A DNA stretch of 62,509 nucleotides, filler included, from Dugesia japonica (lineage: Eukaryota): NCBI GenBank assembly GCA_001938525.1. It is 5 parts of 5 records of this genome, joined end to end, with 100 filler letters (N's around TTAATTAATTAA, not from the genome) between each part and the next. Parts side by side here need not be neighbours in the genome. Positions count along the whole stretch, not along the records: positions 1 to 17,913 come from MQRL01611271.1; positions 18,014 to 26,964 come from MQRL01635246.1; 3 more parts are not named here. One strand, given 5' to 3'. The notes under the pieces were generated by a model, which had not been told where the DNA came from, searched no databases, and saw only the letters and a list, made by a program, of their open reading frames with translations. Within the stretch, counting starts at the first letter, position 1, and each line of letters starts with the position of its first letter. The position numbers were made by a program, and so were the translations under genes. Of this stretch, positions 12,497 to 25,475 are shown in pieces.

Positions 12497-15400
12497 AATC
12501 TGATAGTGATGAAGATATTGAATATAAATTTAAAATTGAATTTCTAGAAATGGAAGATGTGAATATTATTAATTCAATAAATATGCTAGATAAATATTTT
12601 AAATTAGAAAGATTCATATCGCCCTTTACATCATGCATGTCGTTATGGTCGAGTTAAATTTGCAAAATTATTAATATCTTATCATTGTGATATTCATTCA
12701 TGCACAAAAGTACTTTCTGTTTTAAATATTATGAATAAATATTGAAATAGAATGGTTTTCAACCAATACATTTGGCCTGTGAGAATGGTCATATTGATAT
12801 TGTTAAACTATTGATTGAAAATAATTGCTTTATTAATGCGTCTGACAAAGTAATTTATTTGTTTTTAATGTAATTTTTGAATAAATCCTAATTTAGCTAG
12901 GATATCAACCGATACATTTAGCATGCATGTCTGGACATATTGATATTGTTAAACTATTGATCTTACACAAATCTAATATTAATAAAAAAGATAAAATCGT
13001 AAATATTTTTATTACTAAATCAATAATATTAATTCAGTATGGATATCAACCAATACATTTAGCATGTATGCATGGTCATGTTGATATTGTAAAACTATTG
13101 ATTGCAAACAAATGTAATATCAATGCTTCTCTTTATGTATTTTATTCGTTATTTTCTAAATAATCTGTGGATAATTATTAATTCAGTGTGGATATCAACC
13201 GATTCATTTGGCATGTACGAATGGTCATATTGATGTTGTGAAAGAATTGATTTTAAATAATTGCGTTATTGATAAAAAAGATAAAATTGTAATTTGTTAT
13301 TTGTTTAATAATTAATAAGTAAATATTGATTTAGTTTGGATATCAATCGATACATTTGGCATGTATGAATTGTCATATTGAGGTTGTGAAAATATTGATC
13401 GATAACAAATGTGATATCAATGCATCTGATCAAATTGTAATCTGTTATTTACTAAATAATTTAAGAATAAATATTGAATTAGTATGCATGTAGACCGATA
13501 CATTTGGCATGTATGAANNNNNNNNNNNNNNNNNNNNNNNNNNNNNNNGATAATGATTGCGATATAAATGTATTGTCAAAAGTATTTTGTCAATGTAAAT
13601 TATATGAAATATAATAATCAATCTCTGCAGTATCAAGAATCACCAATCGATATTGCAATACAAAATGGACATGATGAAATTATTCGTATTTTAAATATTT
13701 CAAATGTAAATGTTAATTTTATTTTCTCATCAATTATTATGAAACAATTNNNNNNNNNNNNNNNNNNNNNNNNNNNNNNNNNNNNGAAGATTCTTGAAGA
13801 AGATAATATTCGACAATTCGGATAATCGCAAAAAAATAACAAAACAACATTTTCATCAAAACATTTAATTTAATATTAACTGTTTAATTTTCCAGCAATT
13901 ATTCTCACAATAGTTCTAAAAAACCGCGTAAAACAAGTAACAAATGTGCTGCGTTATTTGATATTTTTGGATTATTAAGAATTTCGATATTAGAAAATAA
14001 ATATTTATTTTNATTAACTACAATTTATAGATTCGAACACTTGCTAAAGCGATGGATTTACAATGCGGAGTTAATTGCGATCATAAATTTTGTTTAAGGA
14101 GTTAGATTTTATATTTGTATTTTCATTTGATTTATATAAATTATTTTATTAATGATTTTCAATTAATTGCGATATTTTAGCTATGGAAAATGACAAACTT
14201 AAAAAGGGTGAACGTATTGGATCAGGATCATTTGGAAAGGTCTATAAATATAAAATATCAAATACAAATCGTGAAATTGTTATCAAGAAAATAATATATT
14301 TTCGTGAAGATAAAAAAAATATTGAAGGAAATATAAATAAGTTTTCATCTCAAATAATTCATAGAAATATTGTTAGACATTTTGGAGTTTTGGAAAAATC
14401 TGGGAAGTTTTACATATTTATGGAGTACATTTCGGGGGTGATTTTGTTTATTTTGAATAATTTTTTATTAAATCTATTTCAGGGCTCCCTTAAAGATTTA
14501 ATTGATAATTTAGACGAGAGAAATCAATCGATAGAATATTCGAAAGTCATAAAATTTAGTAAACAAATATTAAAAGCTCTCGAATTCATTCATTCTCAAG
14601 GAATTATTCACAGAGATATCAAACGTAATTAATTGATTTGATTAATCGATTGATTGATTGATAATTTGTTGTTATTCAGCTGCAAATATATTGCTGGATC
14701 GTGATGAAACATTGAAATTAGCAGATTTTGGTTTAAGCACTTCATTGCGTATTGAATCGATGTATGAAACAAATGGAAAAGCTGAAACATTTTGTGGTAC
14801 TCCGAATTATTTGGCTCCAGAGATTGTATTTGGTGAACCGTATGATTTTCCAGTTGATATTTGGTCCACTGGAGCATCGATTATCCATATGATAACAGGT
14901 TGTTTGCATTGATTAATTGAATTAATTATATAAAACTGTTTTATTTGTTATCTGAACAATAAACTAGCATCTTTGTTACAATGTTTTCCCCTGTAAAATC
15001 TTTATTTATAAATAATCTTTTACATTCTTAAAATAAACTTCAATCTCTTCATTTCCACATTTGTAATTAATCGAATTTTGTAAATCTTTGACAGCATCTT
15101 TCTCTTTCTCGAATGCCAAACATAAACGAACCTGAAACTCTTCAACATTTTTCACCGTCTTCCCATATTCTTCCTGCAAATCTTCATCTAACAAACAATA
15201 AATTAATATCTCTTGTTGTTTCTGCTGAGTAATAGCTTTAGCATGAAAATATAATTCACAACGCTTGCAATGTTATTTCATCTAGAGAATACATTTGGTA
15301 ATAACATATCGATCCACAGAGATTTCCTATAAATGTTGATTAAATTACCTCTTTTATCATTTTTCAACATGCCTAGTAAGAGGATGTCTCATTTTAATTA

Positions 15401-16822
15401 ATTGTTATTGCTGGAAATACAGGAGATCATATCTTATCAAGATCATTTATTAGTCCAAGTGAGCTTGACAATTATTTATTTATTTATATTATTATTAAAT
15501 AGCAAAATCAACCAACAAAATTATTCGAAACTTGGCTCCATGATTTATTATGACAAAAAGATATTAATAAAATCTTATAAAATCTCTGTCACATTAATAC
15601 ACACAATGTCAATCAATATGATTTCAACACAACTTTATATAATAAATTTTATATTACAGTGTGTTCTCTTGTACAGATTCTCATTGAATAATTAAACCAG
15701 TGATACTCATCGATCGATACCATTGTGATAGAGGTATAATATAATATTAGATTACAAGTACAGAAACTGCACGATGGTAATGCTTGACAAGTCAAATAAT
15801 TAAACAGTATTACATAATATTTGTTGCTACAATATGTAACCAAAACAGTTGCACTCTAGATGATGAAGTGGAAGTTACCTGTGCGAAGTGTAAAATATTG
15901 AAAATATAATAATATTTTGCATTACTAGAAAATCAGTTTTGAATCATATGCGAGCTGCTAAATGAAATTCTTAATCTGCTATCTTAAAATAATCAAATCA
16001 ATAAAGAATTGCATTGTAATAACACATGTGTGTGCTGTGTGTATGTGTAAGACGATAACAAATTATTATCAGCACATTTCCATGTTTATTTGGAATGCTC
16101 AATAATGTTTACATGAATTCAAATCTATTCTTTGTATTGAAAATTATATTTATTTACATTATGTATTTATTTCGATCATCAAATCTATCTTAGCTGTAAA
16201 CATAGTAAAAATTTCAATTCAAATGAGAAATAAAAATTTTTGATTATCACAAAATGAAATTAGGGCAAACAGATAATTCTAACAGAAATATTTTCTATCT
16301 ATTTTTTGTGAAGAAATAAAACAAACATAAGCGATGAGAAATTTCGAGATTCAAAAACCGAATTTTGATTTCTATCAATCAACTTTTGTATATAAAAATT
16401 ATTAAAATGCTGTTTTCATTCATATTTAGCCATTTATTTTAATTTTTAATATAAAGAAATTAGAACATTACAATTTTTTAATTGTTTTGTTTAAAATTAT
16501 TAAAAATATTTTTATTAAGATTGTATTATAATTTTAGAAATTATTATAATTTACAGAAATTAATTAAAAATTAATGATTAAATTGTTCAATTCAATTTTC
16601 CAATAATAAATATCATCTTATTATTCAGGGAAAATGCCGTATTATCAATTACGACCTGAAGCGGCCATGTTTAATATTGGAATAACAAAGAAAATCGAAT
16701 ACACACCTTGTCAACCAATCTCAGAAATAATGCAATCATTTATTGATGATTTGTTGACACCAGACCAATCAAATCGCCCCACTGCAAAATCTTTATTAAA
16801 ACATCGAATTTTCTATTTGTAG
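12497..16822 (+). CDS. Multi-exon ankyrin-repeat (>=8) plus Ser/Thr protein kinase (STE/MAP3K-like); 5' start not resolved
   Basis: Ankyrin exons of ~99-102 nt (e.g. 12751-12849 NGFQPIHLACENGHIDIVKLLIENNCFINASDK) separated by ~40-50 nt GT-AG introns. Kinase exons ~14181-14437, 14483-14625, 14680-14898 and 16630-16822 give GSGSFG, HRDIKPAN, DFG, GTPNYLAPE, DIWSTG and RPTAKSLLKH. Confidence 0.88.
15000..15300 (-). mobile_element. Possible Gypsy gag-like remnant inside the last kinase intron
   Basis: Degraded helical ORF (DEDLQEEYGKTVKNVEEFQVRLCLAFEKEKD) in an intron about 35-fold longer than the other introns of the gene. Confidence 0.35.
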
Positions 16823-17912
16823 TAATTCTCGAATAAAAATTTATTTGTTCAAACATTAAGAAAGTGGAACATAATCATAACAAATTTGTGAAATGTTGTA
16901 AAACTGAAATAAAACTATTATTAGCGATTACCCTGAGAATAAATGAAAAAGTAAATTTATATATAATGAAAACACGTTGGAATTTAAATTTGTTTGAATT
17001 TACAAGGTCATTTATGAATAAATTACTGGAATTTTTCGAAATTTGTATTTTTCAAATAACTTAATATTAGTGAGTTATCGAAATCGAATTAGATAGATAG
17101 TGGCTCACTGTATCACTTCTTCCTTTCATCAGCAATTTCAATCGGACCATGCATATAAAGATTTAAAATTTAAAAGACATGCTGCCATTATTTTTAAATT
17201 TTGTATTTATACCATTTAATAGAGAAATAAAAACTATATATTCATGCTTTCCTAATCGTTTAAAACGGTTTTTAGTCTAAAGTAGATAGATGGTAGGGAA
17301 CTGGACCGCCTTCCCCCGGGTTATAATATAATACTATAGGAAACCCAATATGAATATAAAATCATAATGAAAATCAGATTTCAAAGTTTTTTATACCAAA
17401 CTGCTGAGAATTTTACGGTGATCATTTTTTACAAATAAAAATTTTTCGAAATTTTTTTCCTTCTCAAATATGTCAGCAAAGCATTTATTCGATAGAGAAT
17501 TTTTTGCTGATTCCAAATATGTTAACCTAAAAGCGTCAAAGTTAATACTCGATGAAATGAATGGATTTTTGTGATGAAATTAGGTCAAAATTCAGATCTT
17601 TGAGTTCAGAACTCTGAGATCAGAGCACGGATATTGATTCGAATTTGGTCTTATTTTAATCAGAAGAAAAAAATGACTGTGTAAAGTTAAAATATCGTCT
17701 AGCTAAAAATGCTTCCTGACAAAGATATACAGCTGACCTCCCGGAGTTGGTGATATTTTTCGAAAATATCAAAAGTACCTCAGAATTTATCGAAATTTAT
17801 ACTATTTGATAGGGAAATTTACGGTGAGTAGGAAGAACATAGTTAGAAATCAAGAAATCTTATACATAAAAAGTTATAGAGAAACAAATACTTTATTTGG
17901 GAGTCTCCGAGG

Positions 17913-18013
17913 ANNNNNNNNNNNNNNNNNNNNNNNNNNNNNNNNNNNNNNNNNNNNTTAATTAATTAANNNNNNNNNNNNNNNNNNNNNNNNNNNNNNN
18001 NNNNNNNNNNNNN
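17913..18013. other. Artificial contig linker (N-TTAATTAATTAA-N)
   Basis: Six-frame-stop 12-mer between N runs, identical at four places. Confidence 0.95.
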
Positions 18014-18186
18014 TTGGAATTTGGATACTTTGGAATCAACTTTTTTTATTACTTTTCTATTATATAGTTTTAAATAGTTTCAAATATAGATTTAAAGCTT
18101 TAATCATCACTCTTATGAGCTCGTCGAGCGTGATAAAACCGTTTATATATTTTACTCTTGTTTTAATTATTCGCTCATGGCATTTG

Positions 18187-18217
<31 letters not shown>

Positions 18218-18219
18218 AG

Positions 18220-18540
18220 TCATGGAGAATTTCCTAATATCATACCTTCGAGCTCCACTTTATTCACCATTTGAACAAAAGTAATTAGAATATAATAAAC
18301 GTTATGGTGAGCTTTGTTTAATCTTCTCTTAATCTTAGTGTTGAATCCTTTGGCTAAGTTATTTGTTCTTTGATTGTAGTTATCAAAATGAGACCAAAGT
18401 TTCTTGTAAAAAAGAGACTTTTGATGAAATTCCAAACAATATTTAGTTGACTGATTGAAACAAGTGGTAAAGAGGAATTTTTTTGTAAATTTTTCACAAT
18501 ATCCTAGTTCAGCAAATATCAATAATCTCTCACATACATT
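18220..18540 (-). mobile_element. MULE/Mutator transposase C-terminal remnant
   Basis: LWSHFDNYNQRTNNLAKGFNTKIKRRLNKAHHNVY matches the W...RTNN-x-x-E-G-x-N region of invertebrate MULE transposases (E replaced by K). Confidence 0.7.
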
Positions 18541-20203
18541 TTCATCAATATAGTTGATGCCGCTTTACTCATCAGTGTAACGTTTCTTTTATGTGATATG
18601 AGACTCANNNNNNNNNNNNNNNNNNNNNNNNNNNNNNNNNNNNNNNNNNNNNNNNNNAAAAGCGAATAACAATGCCTCAATTATTGCCTCAAAAGAATTG
18701 ATGTAAAATAGTAAAATTTACAAATAAAAAATTTTCCAAATAAAAAGAACTGATATTAATTTTAACCGATTGCTGTCTGATTATGATTTTAAAAAGAAAT
18801 TAGTCGTATTGTATTCATCCAAGAGTTCCAATGATGAAAGAAATGGTTTTTTTACAACACATTAAACTCTTTGAAATACTAATAGATGATCTTTGTAATT
18901 TAATGGGGAAATAAATATGTCGATACTTATAAACTCTGTCAAACAACAGAATTAATGAAATTATTTTGGTCTGATTTTCTAAAAGTAAACTAAATTAAAT
19001 TAACCTTGACTCGATGAATATTGTGATTAGAAAAGTTTTATGTCAAAATNGAACAATTTTGTAAAGAATAAATCCTGAAAATAATGTCCAAAGAATAATT
19101 CACGAATTTCCTAAATTTTGAACTTACGTTTCTTCGTTGTCTGTATTCGATATTAAAAACTATTGATTCTAGAATTCAAGATACAAAGGCATTCAAAACT
19201 GAACTAGAACTTGTTCTGTGGTTATATCAAGATAGGTCACCCGCACATAAAGAAATACTCGATTCATTTGAAGTTTTCGGCAGTAGTCTTAAAGGTATGG
19301 TCGATATAGGCACCATATTATCCTCAGATGACAATCACGGATTTACTCCGTCGATAGGGTTGTCACAACTTGAAAAATTATTAAAAGACGGTGGTGCCTT
19401 ATTGAAATCTTTTACACAATCTGTGTTAGTTTGCTTTCCAATTTTGATAATTGGATTTCCTTTTTTTTCTTTCTAGAGATAAAACGTCTACCAATGTTAC
19501 CAATGTAAATAAAAATCTCACCAGTACGACTAAAAGTTCATTTGTCTCTCGAAAACAGCAAAGAAGACCCGAGCAAGGCAATCAAACATTAAGAGAAGTA
19601 CTCTCGATTGCCGGAGATTCATTACTACCTAAGCGCAAGAAATTCGATGGAGAATTATCAGCTGTTGACAATATCACTGATTTATATCTGCCAAATTTAC
19701 CCCCGTCATCTTCTGTTGATCCTAGAAAAGAATAAAATGTATTTATGTCTTTTTTTAAATAAATGTTTGAAAATTTTTAATATTTTATTTGCGATTTATT
19801 AAAAGGTTACTACATAAAAAAGAATATCAGCAAAATTAGCTTTTTCATTTTCTAACCCGATAAAGGTGATTGTCTGTAATATCGTTACATTCTCACTTCT
19901 TTCAACTATCGGGATATTCAAAGAATATCTGTTAAAGTAAACTTGGTCGTAACGAAGTTTTAATAATTAAAAAGCAAACACACCTATCTAAAATTAATTA
20001 TCAAAAGCAAGTAAAAAGAAAAAATATGAATATCATATAACATAGGAAACATTAGGAACAAGCTATATTTCTACACTTTACAGGAAAAAACAATAAAGAA
20101 ATATTGATTAAGCGAATAAACCTAAAATCGATGTAGTTTATAATAACTTAAATTATTCAAACAATTTTGTAAAATTTGATAATATTGGTTAAATCAATCC
20201 AAA

Positions 20204-20251
20204 TGTTAAATTCCTGAAGATGACAATAGTCGAAAATTCGAATAACTAACA
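20204..20251 (+). ncRNA. Minimal type I hammerhead ribozyme (Penelope-type) with intact core
   Basis: attc-CTGAAGA-T-GAC-aata-GTC-GAAA-AT-TC-gaat. Stem I extends by tgtta/taaca. Predicted cleavage after C20239. Confidence 0.7.
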
Positions 20252-20532
20252 AAAAGGAAGCAAAAAATATTTTAATCGATACTATTAATTTAATGAAATA
20301 AATGTTAATTAAATAGAAACTGAAATAATGTTAATAGAAATTGAAAACAAAAATAAAGTATGGAACTGAACAAAATATTAGAACTTCTAATTTCATCGTA
20401 AAAAGGAAGTAGTAATGAAATAAAATATTAATTTGGTATATTATTGGAATTACAAAGATCAATAAAAAATAAATTAAAAGCCAGAAAGAGAATGTTTGTA
20501 AATGAAATTTTGGTAGTCTAAAATCATATAAT

Positions 20533-22320
20533 TGTTAGGTAAATCTTCAATTGGTAATTCATTTTCTAAATCACAACAAATATTTTTAGACATAATTTAT
20601 TTCACGACTANAACACATGTTTGATAAGATAAATATGATTAAAAATGTGATTACAATTAATTAAATATTAATATTCAGTTTAATCGATTTCTATTAGATG
20701 AAATTAATAATTATTTCCCCATATCCCCCTTATTAAGTTTTTCCACATTTCTTTTTAATCGCTGTCCATTTTCTCCTTGTACCGCGTACCGTCTTTCGTG
20801 AATTTTCTCAATTATTCGATTAGGTTCTTCAAATCTGTCTTGACTTTTTTTCTTGATTCTACCTTGATGAGTGCAAAATCGCCCACTTTAAATTCTCTTT
20901 TAGTAATCACGTTTGAAATGTTTTCTTTAGTTCTATTTGAAACGTCTGACTCACCACTTTTCTCTGCTAATTTTCTTTCTAAATTTTCATCAACCCAATA
21001 AAACCATCTCAGCCGGACTCTTTCCAGTCGTCTTCTGCATTGTTGCGTTCATTGTAACTTCTTTTTCAGGTAAAATATCTGCCCAATCTGTTGTCTTTCT
21101 TTCCTGAAGTGTTCCATTAATCGAATCTTGAATTGTTCTGAACTGTCTTTCAATTTGTTTGATTGAATTTTGATGATTAGGACTCGAAAAGCAAAGTTTA
21201 TTATTTAGCTTCAGTGCAAACTCTCTCATAACTCTGGATTCAAAAGCTTTCCCACAATTTAATCTTATCTCTCTTGGACATTTAAATCTCAATATACACT
21301 TTTTAGCATTTCGTATTGTTTCCTCGTCTTGTTTAGACAATGCTATAAGAACCAGATATTTACTGTAATGGTCGATTATTCCAAGAATATATTTTTTCCG
21401 CACACCTTTTCCTGCATTGGCCCACATATATCTGTAAATATGACTGCAAACAATTTGGTAGCTTCTAATCTTTTTGTCTTCTATTTAGTTGCGGTCTTCA
21501 CTACTTTTGTCTTCTGAAAAATTTCACAACTACGAACTATCTTCTGTATTTGACCCCACAAATTATTCGCAATATATTTGTTTCTCATATATTTGTACAC
21601 CTTTTCAACTCCTCCATAGCATAATAATTTATGTATTTTTTCTATTGTCTCATGTATTTTATTATCCGGAATTTTTATTTTCTTGTTTAAATCTGTTTCC
21701 TCAGAAATTTTTAATTGCTCTCCTCTTTTCTTTTCAATTATATTTAGTACTCTTGTTTTAATTTTTGCATTTCCAAGAAACTTTAAGAAACTTACACTTT
21801 TTGGGAATAATTCCTAAATCAGCCTTCATTATTTTCATCAATACTCTGTCAATTACTTCATAGTGTTCTTCTTTATTGTTCGTAAATATTAGACTGTCGT
21901 CAGGATATACCATGGCTGCATTGATTCCGTCTACCACTTTTTTATCATCATCTCCTGAAATGTACCTGGTGCGCTGCGATGCCAAATTAATTTCTATTAA
22001 AACAATATTGTCCGTGCTTGGTTGAGATTCTTCTTCGAGCCCTACCTGATAGGGCTCTATTCCAAATCTATTGAACTGAAATATTTGGTTATATCTAACC
22101 TTTACAATTGCAATTATTGCGAGAATAATTTTTGGACATAATCATTGATCGTTTTATAGAATTCATTTAATATAAAAGCTTTGATCAAAGTCAATTCCTG
22201 ACGAAGACAAGGTCAAAATATCGAATTGTTATCAAATATCAATATAAAAAACAAAAAAAAAATTTTGATAAAAGCTTTTATATTAAAGGGATACATCTAA
22301 CTTGTCCATCATTTCATTTA
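20533..22320 (-). mobile_element. Ty3/Gypsy element copy 2 (3' LTR 20533-20723, integrase, internally deleted RT/RNase H)
   Basis: KYILGIIDHYSKYL...CPREIRLNCGKAFES...QIERQFRTI (integrase) and VYPDDSLIF (degenerate YxDD). Colinear with 4764-6785 plus 11240-11520. Confidence 0.9.
22101..22290. mobile_element. Penelope-like pLTR fragment with inverted segment and hammerhead (22192-22228, + strand, G12A), inserted in the Gypsy RT
   Basis: caattc-CTGACGA-A-GAC-aag-GTC-AAAA-TA-TC-gaattg. Inverted arms TTTAATATAAAAGCTTT / AAAGCTTTTATATTAAA. ATCTAAC occurs on both flanks. Confidence 0.7.
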
Positions 22321-23559
22321 CATTTAGCATATAAGTGATTACAATTGATTACAATGGTGATTCGAAATATTTTCAATAAACTTTCTATTATTATTATTAT
22401 TGAAATAATGTTTATTAAATTTCTATTATTCTTTGTAACTCATAAATTTCATTTCAGAAATTAAAATTTTCATCTCAAAATTCATTTTTAAAAATTATAT
22501 TTCCATTGATCTGTAAATTAAACAAATATTTTGAAAAACAAATTTCAATAAGTAAAATTTGTTTTTCAAAAATATTTGTTTATAACTCATACCTACCGAC
22601 AAATTCACATACAGACAGGAAATTATATATATAAAGAATAACAATCCATGCATCATATAATAATAAAAAGTCAGAAAAGTAAATATTGAACAAGATATGG
22701 AAAAATCACTGTGATTAAAAAAATTAAGAGAATATTTTAGAAACAAAAAATTCTGGGATGTTTAAATTTAGTAGTCAATATTTTCAAATATTTTCCGCAA
22801 TTTAAATTTGGAATATTTCCAAAAATACCGCATAAAATCTAAAATAATTCCAAAAATTTCAAATAATGTATTATAATAAATAAAATATCAATTTTTATCA
22901 ATTATCAATAAATAATTCAACAAGATCTTCTGTAATGCCCATTTTATCTACAATGTTTGCTTTTAATTGTAAATTTTGTAGACTCCGGTAAACTCCGAAT
23001 TCCTTTTATCTTTTGTTTGCCACAGCGAATTATTTTTAAGTATTCAATAGTCGAAATATCATAAAATTATAAATATCCCTAATGAATTTGCTTGATATAA
23101 ATAAACATGCACTTTTCACTACAAAGAATGTTCATAGATTCTAAATAAAAATACTAAATTCTTTTGGATAAATGCAAGAACACGATTTTTTGGAGATTTT
23201 TATAACTCTTCTTAGAGAAGATATAGCAGAATCTTGTACTTGATATTTAGTTAAAACCTTTTATGGAAAACTTGTTAGAAAGCGACATTACTCAATAGAA
23301 AAAATTATTTTAGATGTTCTAACCAAAATATACGTATTATATTCTGCGGAAAATTTTCTTCCCTGGTAAACATGCCGAGAAATAAAGTGAATGAATGATT
23401 CCAGAGACTGAAAAATATTAAGTTTTATTTATTTTAATAAAAATTAGCATTCCGATAAATTATTTGAAATTAATTTAGATTTTGTGTAGTGTTCTTTGGA
23501 ATATCCCTTTAAATTATTATTTCTTCCCTGAAAATTAATGAAGCTGTGTAAATAATAGA

Positions 23560-24290
23560 AAACGATAAAATTTAAACGTGCAAAATTCAAAAACAGATTC
23601 TTTAAAGAGACCAAAATTTCAAAAGATTTGCAGAGATTGTAATCCGAAAGCTAGCAGAAAGATACAAAGCATCAGAAAACCAAGTCAAGGGATATGAAAC
23701 TAGGCTGCGACTACTGTTGGAAAAACTGAAAGATTTTTCTGAATACCTAAAAGAATTCATACGATAGAGACAAGGTGACGCTGATAGTGTGGTATTCTTC
23801 CACGATGTGGAAAACCGGAGGATAAACTAGTTATTCATAATATGTCAACGGAGTCGTCTGTAGATGCAGGCCTGATAAATGCAACGGCACAAAAGAAGGC
23901 AAAATGTGTCTCTTATAAAAAAGATTTCCCAACCGGAAGAAATAAAAGACATTATCAGAGACGCTTCAAAAATCGCGAAAATACGAAAGGAATAACCGTG
24001 ATACCTAGCTAACAAAAAGAAATGGTATCAAAGATCAATCAATCTTCAAGTGGCAAAATACCAAAAAGAGTTCAGAACAGAGAAAGTAGAATGTTGGAAC
24101 TGTCACAAACTGGATCACTTAAATCGTGAGTACCATAAGTCATAAGACCTCTTACATGCTATCCATGTAGAATTGTATAACATACAAGACAGTACAACCA
24201 AGTAAAGTGCGGAAATGCAACAAGAGCGGTCATAATAGGAAGACTGTTTCACAAAGACTGGGTACAATAGATGAAACGAATAGTTTTATG
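23560..24290 (+). mobile_element. LTR-retrotransposon gag remnant with three CCHC zinc knuckles
   Basis: VECWNCHKLDHLNRE, TCYPCRIV*HTRQ and a frameshifted VKCG-CNKSGHN at ~24085-24240. Confidence 0.75.
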
Positions 24291-25174
24291 AATATAAGGG
24301 AAATGAGTTTAAAAAAGCTCCTTTTTCGGGGTAGAAACGTATTCATTCTCTTCTCTTTATGTTTCATTCAACCAAACTGAGCCAAAGTAACGCGTGACCG
24401 GTATATCTAGTATTAAATAAAACCCATTCAAGAGTAAAAGTGTAATGAAATGAAATCTGATTCTTTTCATTAATTCAGCAAATGAAAGCTGAAACAAAAT
24501 GACCGTATAACAAACATATTGTCAATGTTTCTTTATAAGATGACTTACTCTAAATTTTTATAATGAATTAATTACTTTAATCATTTAATTATTTTTCTTT
24601 CATTATATCTTAAAATCCGAGATATTTTATAAATTTCGATTTTAAAAAAATTTGAAGTTTAGCATTGTAACAGTACAAATGCCTGAATAGTGTCTGAGAT
24701 GTTTTAATGACGATTGCAAAATCAAAAATTCTTCTTTTTTTGTAAAATAAAATAACCGATTTCTTGAATAAATATAAGTTTAATTCACGTTTTGGCACAA
24801 TTTCATCCTAAAAGTGGGGTTATACTATGCATTCAATATTGAATTATTTTAAATTTAATTTATTAATGTTCGATTGAAATATATTTCATATGAGAATATA
24901 ACTTTTATGTTACTTATTACTAGGTAGGATACAAATTGTTTTTCAACATAGTATAAAATACTAAATACTATTGTTATAAAAATTTCAACGATTTATGCTT
25001 TTCATTAGAATAAAAATTATTAGAGCAAAATATATTTGAAAAATAATTTATTGCTTTAATTTTTATATAAACGAAAAGAATATTTAATAATAATTAAACA
25101 ATTATTCAAATCTTTTTAAATTATCGTTAATTCACAAAATATTTAAACTGTTTTAATAATATCTTTTTTTTAAA

Positions 25175-25475
25175 ATGAAATTAAATGATGAAAACCTAAG
25201 AAGTTATGAATGTTTTAAATGTTTTAAAGATAATTTAGACAAAGTTAACGGTCTAAATTTTACTTCTAATGGAGAAAAACTAATTTCTTCCAGTCAAGAT
25301 GATTCAATAAATGTTTACGATGTGATAAATGGAAAGTAAGATTCTATTTTATTAAATACAAGATTAAGATTTATTAGACACTCACAAACCATTTATAGTA
25401 AAAAATATGGAGTAGAGATGATTAAGTTTACTCATTGTTCAACAGCAGTTATTCATGCTTCTAATAAAATAGATG
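25175..25475 (+). CDS. WDR82: WD repeat-containing protein 82 (Swd2), exons 1-2 (25175-25335, 25378-25475); rest not on this contig
   Basis: Spliced product MKLNDENLRSYECFKCFKDNLDKVNGLNFTSNGEKLISSSQDDSINVYDVINGKHSQTIYSKKYGVEMIKFTHCSTAVIHASNKID matches the WDR82 N-terminus (SSSDDDSI, YSKKYGV, SNKID). 42-nt GT-AG intron. Confidence 0.92.
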
